Source of the DNA: Elusimicrobiota bacterium
GTDB lineage: Bacteria; Elusimicrobiota; Elusimicrobia; Elusimicrobiales; UBA9959
Length of the DNA: 14,551 bases
Direction of reading: 5' to 3'
Assembly (NCBI GenBank): GCA_037137395.1
Contig: JBAXKK010000066.1
Coordinates: 1-14,551, forward strand
This document shows positions 9,277 through 14,551 of the stretch, piece after piece (the stretch's first letter is position 1; each line of letters starts with the position of its first letter). The notes below the pieces were generated by a model that saw nothing but the letters and a program-made list of their open reading frames with translations, had not been told where the DNA came from and did no database searches. Made by a program: the position numbers and the translations under genes.

Positions 9277-9417
9277 ATCGTAAAACGTAAAGAGTAAAGC
9301 GTAAAGGGTAAAGAGTGAGAGGCTGAGCGTAAAAGTTGTAAATTGTTTTGTTATTTTAATGAATGTCAGTCGTTTCGTGTTGTTACTCTTCACGCTTCAC
9401 GTTTTACGCTTTACGAT
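9277..9417. repeat. Heptamer tandem-repeat hairpin C (AGCGTAA / TTACGCT family)
   Basis: Left ATCGTAA AACGTAA AGAGTAA AGCGTAA AGGGTAA AGAGTGA GAGGCTG AGCGTAA (9277-9332); right TTACTCT TCACGCT TCACGTT TTACGCT TTACGAT (9383-9417). Confidence 0.9.
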
Positions 9418-9435
9418 AGAAAAAGGAGAATTTAT

Positions 9436-9993
9436 ATGCAGGCAAATACAGCCATCGGATTACTTGAGACCGCTTCGATCGCCAGGGGCGTGGAAACGCT
9501 GGACGCCATGTGCAAGGCCGCGGGCGTTGAACCGGAAACGGCTATGGCGATTTCCAAGGGCAAATACATAATAATAATTTCCGGCCCCGTGGGCGAGGTT
9601 GAATCGTCCATGGCTAAAGGCGTCGAGATCGCCGGGGATACCCTGGTGGCCAGCCACATTATCCGCAACATCCATTCAGGCGTGATAATGGCCCTTAACA
9701 AGAAGGTAAAAGCGGACAAGGTTGAAGCTGTCGGCATAGTTGAGACCAAAGAGGCGCTGCCGGCCGTGTTCGCGGCCGACGCCGCGGCAAAAGCGGCTTT
9801 TGTGCAAGTGTCCGAAGTTAACACCGGCAAAGGTATCGGCGGCAAAGGTTATTTTACTGTGACAGGGGACGTTGGGGCGGTCAGGACCGCGGTCTCCGCG
9901 GGGGTGAAGGCTATCGGCGAAGCCGCCGTCGTAGCCCGGATAGTCATCCCCAACGCGCACGCCCATGTGGCGGATGTGATAAGTGGTAAGTAG
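9436..9993 (+). CDS. BMC-T tandem-domain shell protein (PduT-like)
   Basis: Two BMC domains: AIGLLETASIARGVETLDAMCKAA...GKYIIIISG and AVGIVET...AADAAAKAA...GIGGKGYFTVTGDVGAV. Start ATG 9436 follows AGGAG (9424-9428). Confidence 0.92.
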   Translation: MQANTAIGLLETASIARGVETLDAMCKAAGVEPETAMAISKGKYIIIISGPVGEVESSMAKGVEIAGDTLVASHIIRNIHSGVIMALNKKVKADKVEAVGIVETKEALPAVFAADAAAKAAFVQVSEVNTGKGIGGKGYFTVTGDVGAVRTAVSAGVKAIGEAAVVARIVIPNAHAHVADVISGK

Positions 9994-10040
9994 TAAGTGA
10001 TAAGTGGTAAGTAGTAAGACTTATAACTTACTACTTAATC
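9976..10040. repeat. Heptamer tandem-repeat hairpin D (TAAGTRG family), overlapping the BMC-T stop codon
   Basis: TAAGTGG TAAGTAG TAAGTGA TAAGTGG TAAGTAG TAAG (9980-10018); right arm CTTATAA CTTACTA CTTAATC (10020-10040). Confidence 0.85.
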
Positions 10041-10060
10041 CTTTTTTACACGGAGGATTT

Positions 10061-10507
10061 ATGAGAATAGTTATAGGTTCCGATCACGCCGGTTTTGAAG
10101 CCAAGGAAAAGATGAAGAAATTCATCCAGGGTCTGGGCTATGATGTAACAGATTTTGGCTGCTACTCCGTAGAGCCGGTGGATTTCCCTGATATCGCCAT
10201 GCTTGTGGGCGACGCGGTGCGCAAAAAAGAATTTGAAAAGGGCGTGCTGATAGACGGCTTTAACGGCGCTATGCCGCTGGCCGCCAATAAAATTCCCGGT
10301 ATACGCGCGGTGGGAGCGTATGATATTATCTCGGCGCGCTTCGCCGCGGCCCACGAGGACTGCAACGTGCTATGCCTCGGCGGAAAGACCCACGGCGAAC
10401 TTGCCCTGCAGGAAATGATAAAGGTGTGGCTGAACACGCCTTTTGAAGGCGGGAAGTATCAGAAGCGCCTGGATAAGATAACGGCGATAGAGCAGAGATG
10501 TTGTTAA
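10061..10507 (+). CDS. rpiB: RpiB/LacA/LacB-family sugar-phosphate isomerase (atypical active site)
   Basis: MRIVIGSDHAGF, VDFPD, AANKIPGIRA, NVLCLG, WLNTPFEGG...RLDKI; RBS GGAGG at 10052-10056 fixes the start at 10061. Confidence 0.88.
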   Translation: MRIVIGSDHAGFEAKEKMKKFIQGLGYDVTDFGCYSVEPVDFPDIAMLVGDAVRKKEFEKGVLIDGFNGAMPLAANKIPGIRAVGAYDIISARFAAAHEDCNVLCLGGKTHGELALQEMIKVWLNTPFEGGKYQKRLDKITAIEQRCC

Positions 10508-10510
10508 CTG

Positions 10511-10635
10511 CTGCCATAAGCCGTATGCCATACGCCATAGACAGAAAGATTATAGGCCGTAAGTTTTTACAGATTTACTCATCTGGCCTATAGCCTATGG
10601 CTTATGGCAGATGGCGGGCGCGGCGCCCTTATGGC
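10511..10635. repeat. Heptamer tandem-repeat hairpin E (GCCATAR / YTATGGC family) with embedded GGGCGCGGCGCCC mini-hairpin
   Basis: Left GCCATAA GCCGTAT GCCATAC GCCATAG (10513-10540); right CTATAGC CTATGGC TTATGGC AGATGGC [GGGCGCGGCGCCC 10616-10628] TTATGGC. Confidence 0.9.
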
Positions 10636-10654
10636 AATGGATGTATCCTAATTT

Positions 10655-11008
10655 ATGAAACAGGCAAAAGTCATCGGCAGGGTGTTCTGTTCCAGGCAGT
10701 GCTGCGGCATGGACGCTAAAACCATGCTTTTGATACAGCCGCTGGACTGGGATACCGATAAGCCGGCCGGAGAGCCGCTGGTGGCCGCTGACACAGTCGG
10801 CGCGGGGGCCGGCGAGACTGTTTTTTTTGTAGCGTCCAGGGAAGCCATAATGGCTTTTGAAGGCTGGGAGGTAGGGGAAACCGCAGTGCGGTGTCCCACT
10901 GGGATGGATGTTTGGAAGGGGTGCCCGGAAACTTCCGTTAAGTCCAACCTGCCTCCGGTTGACGCGGCGATAGTCGGAATAATAGACGGGAAATCTGTCC
11001 GCCTGTAG
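10655..11008 (+). CDS. BMC-P pentameric vertex protein (EutN/CcmL family) with internal insertion
   Basis: MKQAKVIGRVFCSRQ...LLIQP...VAADTVGAGAGETVFFVASREA...PVDAAIVGIID; about 25 extra residues before PVDAAIVGIID compared with the other two BMC-P. Confidence 0.88.
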   Translation: MKQAKVIGRVFCSRQCCGMDAKTMLLIQPLDWDTDKPAGEPLVAADTVGAGAGETVFFVASREAIMAFEGWEVGETAVRCPTGMDVWKGCPETSVKSNLPPVDAAIVGIIDGKSVRL

Positions 11009-11028
11009 CGGATGTATGCCGCAAAGTT

Positions 11029-11141
11029 GCCATAGGCTTTAAGCCGTATGCCATAAGCTTTTGAGGAGTTTCTTATAGCCTATGGCGGGCGCGGCGCCCA
11101 TATGGCGTATAGCCTATAGCATATGGCCTATGGCTTATAGC
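11029..11141. repeat. Heptamer tandem-repeat hairpin F (GCCATAR / YTATGGC family) with embedded GGGCGCGGCGCCC mini-hairpin
   Basis: Left GCCATAG GCTTTAA GCCGTAT GCCATAA GCTTTTG (11029-11063); right TTATAGC CTATGGC [GGGCGCGGCGCCC 11087-11099] ATATGGC GTATAGC CTATAGC ATATGGC CTATGGC TTATAGC. Confidence 0.9.
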
Positions 11142-11174
11142 AATAGATACAACTAGAAATAAGGAAACATTCTG

Positions 11175-11474
11175 ATGTTCATCGCTAAAGTAATCGGCAA
11201 TGTGTGGGCTACCAGAAAGCATAAGGAGCTGAATAATTATAAGCTCCTGCTGGTGAAGGCCATTGACCCGTGTACCCCAGCTAAATTTTCAGGCGACACC
11301 ACTCTCGCCGTGGACGGAAATGTAGGCGCCGGTCCTGGTGATGTTGTGCTAGTCGTGGACGAAGGCGGTTCAGCCAGGAAGATACTGGGCAATCCCAAGT
11401 CGCCGGTGCGGACCGTTATTTGCGGCATAGTGGACCAGGTAAGTTCCAAAAGCGAGGTTAAAAAATATGCGTGA
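11175..11474 (+). CDS. BMC-P pentameric vertex protein (EutN/CcmL family)
   Basis: [27 protein letters not shown]...[24 protein letters not shown]...[19 protein letters not shown] at 11161-11165. Confidence 0.92.
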   Translation: MFIAKVIGNVWATRKHKELNNYKLLLVKAIDPCTPAKFSGDTTLAVDGNVGAGPGDVVLVVDEGGSARKILGNPKSPVRTVICGIVDQVSSKSEVKKYA

Positions 11475-12468
11475 CGAAGAAATAAAAAAAATAGCCGAGG
11501 AAGTAGCCAAAATTTTGAGGGGAACCGGGCTGGGCGCAGCGCCTTATAAATATTCTATGCCGGGCGACTCCGTTTCCATCGGCACCGCCGGTAAGGTGTT
11601 CCAGCGCCCCCTGGTAAACTCGCCCTCCGCGCAGGTTCCTCAGGCCCCTAAAAAGTGTTCAGCCTCCGGTGAATGCCGGCTGGAAGAAAATACGTGCAGT
11701 TCCACCTGTCAAAACTGCAATCCGCTTAAAAGCTATACCGCCCAGCAGGTGAAAGAGATGGGGGTGGAGCGCGTCAGCTTTTGCAATCCGGACCAGTCGA
11801 GCAATTCCATAGCCGGGATGATAGACCATACTCTTTTGAAGGCTAACGCCACCCAGGAAGAAGTGGGGAAGCTTTGCGAGGAGGCCCGCAAGTACCGCTT
11901 TGCCTCGGTCTGCGTGAACCCGGGCTATGTGGCCATGTCCGCGCGCCTGCTTAAAGGGAGCTGTGTGAAGGTCTGCACGGTTATCGGGTTTCCGTTAGGC
12001 TCTACGACCCCGACCGTCAAAGCGATAGAGGCAAGAGACGCCATCGCCAATGGGGCGGAAGAGATAGATATGGTCATCAATATCGGCGCCTTAAAATCCG
12101 GGAATGATCTTATGGTGCTTGATGATATAAAGGCCGTGCGCGAGGCTACCCGGGGCCGGGTGCTGAAAGTTATCATTGAAACTTCATACCTTACCAAGGA
12201 TGAAAAGATCCGCGCCTGTAAAATGGCAAAGCAGGCCGGCGCCGATTTTGTCAAAACGTCTACGGGCTTTGGCTCCGGCGGCGCGACTGTGGATGATGTG
12301 GCTCTCATGCGCGAAGTTGTGGGTCCCGATATGGGCGTTAAAGCTTCGGGCGGAATAAAGGACGCAAAAGCGGCACAGGATCTTATAAAGGCCGGCGCCA
12401 CGCGGTTGGGTACAAGCGCCAGCATCGCCATAGTTTCCGGCGGGCAGGCCGTGAAAGGACAGTATTAA
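11467..12468 (+). CDS. deoC: Deoxyribose-phosphate aldolase with N-terminal encapsulation peptide and Cys-rich extension
   Basis: [44 protein letters not shown], Schiff-base [25 protein letters not shown]; about 110-aa N-terminal extension; overlaps the upstream gene by 8 nt. Confidence 0.95.
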   Translation: MRDEEIKKIAEEVAKILRGTGLGAAPYKYSMPGDSVSIGTAGKVFQRPLVNSPSAQVPQAPKKCSASGECRLEENTCSSTCQNCNPLKSYTAQQVKEMGVERVSFCNPDQSSNSIAGMIDHTLLKANATQEEVGKLCEEARKYRFASVCVNPGYVAMSARLLKGSCVKVCTVIGFPLGSTTPTVKAIEARDAIANGAEEIDMVINIGALKSGNDLMVLDDIKAVREATRGRVLKVIIETSYLTKDEKIRACKMAKQAGADFVKTSTGFGSGGATVDDVALMREVVGPDMGVKASGGIKDAKAAQDLIKAGATRLGTSASIAIVSGGQAVKGQY

Positions 12469-12472
12469 AAAT

Positions 12473-12549
12473 AGGGTATAGGGTATAGGGTACAGGGTAC
12501 AGGGTAAGGAACTCCTTCCCTAGCCCCTGGCCCCTAACCCCTGAACCCT
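12473..12549. repeat. Heptamer tandem-repeat hairpin G (AGGGTAY / RRCCCCT family)
   Basis: Left AGGGTAT AGGGTAT AGGGTAC AGGGTAC AGGGTAA (12473-12507); central AAGGA-AC-TCCTT; right AGCCCCT GGCCCCT AACCCCT GAACCCT (12522-12549). Confidence 0.9.
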
Positions 12550-12565
12550 TTCATAAGGAGAATAT

Positions 12566-12859
12566 ATGTCAGAACCGAAAGAAGCGTTGGGAATGATCGA
12601 GACCAAGGGGTTTATCGGCATGATAGAATCTTCGGACGCCATGGCTAAAGCGGCTAACGTGCGGCTCATCGGTTACGAGAAGATCGGCTCCGGATACGTG
12701 ACCACGTTATGCGTTGGCGAGGTCGGCGCTGTGCGCGCGGCTGTGGAAGCGGGCGCGGCTGCCGCCCAGAAAGTCGGGGAACTTGTCGGGATGCACGTGA
12801 TTCCCAGGCCCCACGACGATCTGGATAAATATATAGCCAAAATATCCGTGAAAGCTTAA
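12566..12859 (+). CDS. BMC-H hexameric shell protein (EutM/PduA/PduJ-like)
   Basis: [27 protein letters not shown]...KIGSG...[10 protein letters not shown]...HVIPRPH; RBS AAGGAG at 12555-12560. Confidence 0.95.
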   Translation: MSEPKEALGMIETKGFIGMIESSDAMAKAANVRLIGYEKIGSGYVTTLCVGEVGAVRAAVEAGAAAAQKVGELVGMHVIPRPHDDLDKYIAKISVKA

Positions 12860-12888
12860 ATTATAGCGCTAGCGCTATAATTTAAGCT
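12853..12888. repeat. Perfect 36-bp palindrome overlapping the BMC-H stop codon
   Basis: AGCTTAAATTATAGCGCT|AGCGCTATAATTTAAGCT, 18-bp arms with no spacer, checked base by base. Confidence 0.95.
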
Positions 12889-12990
12889 GCCATAAGCCGT
12901 AAGCTTTAGGCCATAGGCAGAACGGTAAATAATTTACAGTAGTTGTTTTCTGCATACGGCCTATGGCGCGGCTGTTTCAGCCGCTTATGG
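12889..12990. repeat. Heptamer tandem-repeat hairpin H (GCCATAR family) with embedded GCGGCTG-TTT-CAGCCGC mini-hairpin
   Basis: Left GCCATAA GCCGTAA GCTTTAG GCCATAG GCAGAAC (12889-12923); right TTTCTGC ATACGGC CTATGGC [12968-12984 hairpin] TTATGG. Confidence 0.85.
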
Positions 12991-13013
12991 AGATAGTTGT
13001 ATCTAAAATTATT

Positions 13014-13274
13014 ATGCTCACAAAAGGCGATATTGCCGATGTTATTTCCGCGTACCTGGCGCGCGCCTCCGCCGGCGCGGCTGCGGAGACTCGCGGCCGA
13101 ATTCCCTCCAGGGCATCTAAACCTTTACCTAAGCGCGTATTTATAACCGACTGGGAGATGAAGCGCCTGGTGAAGCCCGGCCAGAAATCTGTAAGCGTTC
13201 CGGCCGGCGCTATAATCAGCCCGCTCTCGCTGGACTGGCTGGACTACGACGGCGTTAAAGTTGTTCGCGGGTGA
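13014..13274 (+). CDS. Small BMC-associated hypothetical protein (putative encapsulation peptide plus RVFIT...AIISPL..D domain)
   Basis: MLTKGDIADVISAYLAR amphipathic helix, Ala/Pro-rich linker, then KRVFITDWEMKRL...VSVPAGAIISPLSLDWL, resembling the small module seen on BMC-associated proteins such as the EutQ N-terminus. The start is uncertain; upstream ATGs lie in repeat H. Confidence 0.65.
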   Translation: MLTKGDIADVISAYLARASAGAAAETRGRIPSRASKPLPKRVFITDWEMKRLVKPGQKSVSVPAGAIISPLSLDWLDYDGVKVVRG

Positions 13275-13288
13275 ACTGGGGGATTTGT

Positions 13289-14377
13289 ATGGCGGATTTA
13301 GGTGTAATAGAAGGATTTTACGGCGAGCCGTGGAGCTGGGAAGAGCGGGCGGATTATGCGGCTTTCCTCAAACGCCATGGTTTCTCTTTTTATATCTACG
13401 CGCCCAAGGCCGACGGCTTCATGCGCAAAAAATGGCGCGAGCCTTTCCCCGAAGATCTGGAAAAGAATCTTACCATCCTCTCCGCGCGATGCCGCGCCTC
13501 CGGTGTAGAGTTCGGAGTCGGCTTCAGCCCTTACGAGATATACCTCTCGCCTTTTAACGACGGGGTCAAAAGCCTGCTTCAGCGCCGCATAGACGTCTTC
13601 AACCGCATCGGCGTGGACAAGTTCGGCCTGCTGATGGACGACATGAAGGGGGACTCCCCTGAACTGGCCTCGCGCCAGATAGAGATAGTCAATTGGGTGG
13701 CCGCGCGGACCACAGCCAAACAGATTATTTTCTGCCCGACTTATTATTCACTGGATCCGGTGCTTGAAAAACTTTTCGGCAAAAAGCCGGAAGGGTATCT
13801 GGAAACGCTCGGCAGGGAGCTTGACCCCAAGGTTCGTCTTTTCTGGACCGGCGAATTGGTCTGCTCCAAAAGTTACAGCGCCGAGCATCTCCGCGCGACG
13901 GCGGGCCTGCTGGGCCGCAAGCCTTTTCTCTGGGATAATTATCCGGTTAACGACGGGCCCCGGATGTGCAAGTTCCTGCATCTGCGGCCGATGACCGGCC
14001 GCCCCGCCGGCATCGGGCCATGGTTGTCAGGTCACGCGGTGAACCCTATGAACCAGCCGACATTGTCCAGGATCTCCCTCCTGACCCTGAAAGCCAGTTA
14101 TGAGCGTGGGGAAGCGTATAATCCCGCTGAGGCGTTCCTTGAGTCGGCCCAAACCGTGACCTGCGTGGAACTGGCGCGCCAGCTTGAGAAAAACCTGTCC
14201 GATTTTATGGACCGCGGCCTGGACCTCCTTCCCACGGAAGAGCGCGCCGTGCTAAAAGAGGCGTACAGGCCCTATCTTGATTCGCGCGAAGGCCAGACGG
14301 CCAAAGCGGCGCGGGAAGTGATAGACTGGCTGGACGACCGCTATACAGTCACTAAAGACCTCTTCCTGACGCAATGA
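13289..14377 (+). CDS. GH84 beta-N-acetylglucosaminidase (O-GlcNAcase/hyaluronidase catalytic domain), no signal peptide
   Basis: GVIEGFYGEPWS, YIYAPKAD...R..WRE, catalytic LMDDM, FCPTYY, FWTG, LWDNYPVND, NPMNQ are GH84 signature motifs; RBS GGGGGA at 13278-13283 before ATG 13289. Confidence 0.9.
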   Translation: MADLGVIEGFYGEPWSWEERADYAAFLKRHGFSFYIYAPKADGFMRKKWREPFPEDLEKNLTILSARCRASGVEFGVGFSPYEIYLSPFNDGVKSLLQRRIDVFNRIGVDKFGLLMDDMKGDSPELASRQIEIVNWVAARTTAKQIIFCPTYYSLDPVLEKLFGKKPEGYLETLGRELDPKVRLFWTGELVCSKSYSAEHLRATAGLLGRKPFLWDNYPVNDGPRMCKFLHLRPMTGRPAGIGPWLSGHAVNPMNQPTLSRISLLTLKASYERGEAYNPAEAFLESAQTVTCVELARQLEKNLSDFMDRGLDLLPTEERAVLKEAYRPYLDSREGQTAKAAREVIDWLDDRYTVTKDLFLTQ

Positions 14378-14478
14378 ATTAAAGTGGAATTAAAGTGACA
14401 CACAACTTAATTGTTGCCAATTAAGTTGTGTGTCACTTTAATTATGTGTCACCTTGTCACTTTAATTATGTGTCACCT
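14376..14478. repeat. 26-bp perfect inverted repeat with flanking tandem duplications; possible terminator or REP-like element
   Basis: AATTAAAGTGACACACAACTTAATTG (14388-14413), TTGC loop, exact reverse complement (14418-14443); GAATTAAAGTG x2 (14376-14397); TGTCACTTTAATTATGTGTCACCT x2 (14431-14478). Confidence 0.9.
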
Positions 14479-14551
14479 TATTTATTACCTTATTTAAAAT
14501 ATTGCTTGATTGTGATTATGGATTTCTGCTATATATATCATAGGGAAGTGG

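Noticed and set aside
11144..13005. TAGATACAACT (11144-11154) and its reverse complement AGTTGTATCTA (12995-13005), each just after a GCCATAR element
   Set aside because: Only 11 bp and two copies; cannot be distinguished from chance without a genome-wide count.
7343..13013. Intergenic repeats as CRISPR arrays
   Set aside because: Units are 7 bp, degenerate and contiguous, with no unique spacers, and there are no cas genes.
7055..13274. Calling the locus eut or pdu
   Set aside because: There is no ethanolamine ammonia-lyase, diol dehydratase or glycyl-radical enzyme; the signature enzymes are DeoC and RpiB.
643..13981. Minus-strand and alternate-frame ORFs (e.g. 3173-3832, 5528-6019, 6322-6831, 11925-12431, 13261-13557)
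   Set aside because: They overlap well-supported plus-strand genes and show no recognisable motifs; they are shadow ORFs of GC-rich coding sequence.
14502..14541. Promoter for the next gene (TTGATT...TGCTATAT)
   Set aside because: Plausible, but the -10 is ambiguous and the downstream gene is outside the window.

Overview
Two co-oriented (+ strand) modules. (1) 1-6940: a giant (>1990 aa, open past the left edge) multidomain secreted protein. It has an N-terminal Zn-dependent phospholipase C/P1-nuclease-like domain, Ig-like, beta-propeller-like and ZU5-like segments, seven IPT/TIG repeats and a C-terminal T9SS type-A-like sorting domain, and is followed immediately by a PorV/PorQ-family beta-barrel gene. 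This pairing suggests Elusimicrobiota or a similar lineage (inference). (2) 7055-14377: a bacterial microcompartment operon of the sugar-phosphate-utilisation (SPU) type: BMC-H, BMC-P, acylating aldehyde dehydrogenase with encapsulation peptide, BMC-T, atypical RpiB, two more BMC-P, DeoC with encapsulation peptide and Cys-rich linker, BMC-H, a small encapsulation-peptide protein and a closely linked GH84 beta-N-acetylglucosaminidase. The most striking unexplained structure is non-coding. All eight sizeable intergenic spacers inside the BMC operon are filled by degenerate 7-bp tandem repeats arranged as inverted arms (long hairpins), using about six different heptamer families. There are also a perfect 36-bp palindrome, a GTAG-REP-like palindrome inserted in-frame in a BMC-P gene, and a 26-bp perfect inverted repeat with tandem duplications after the last gene. 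All calls are from motif recognition by eye; no searches were run.
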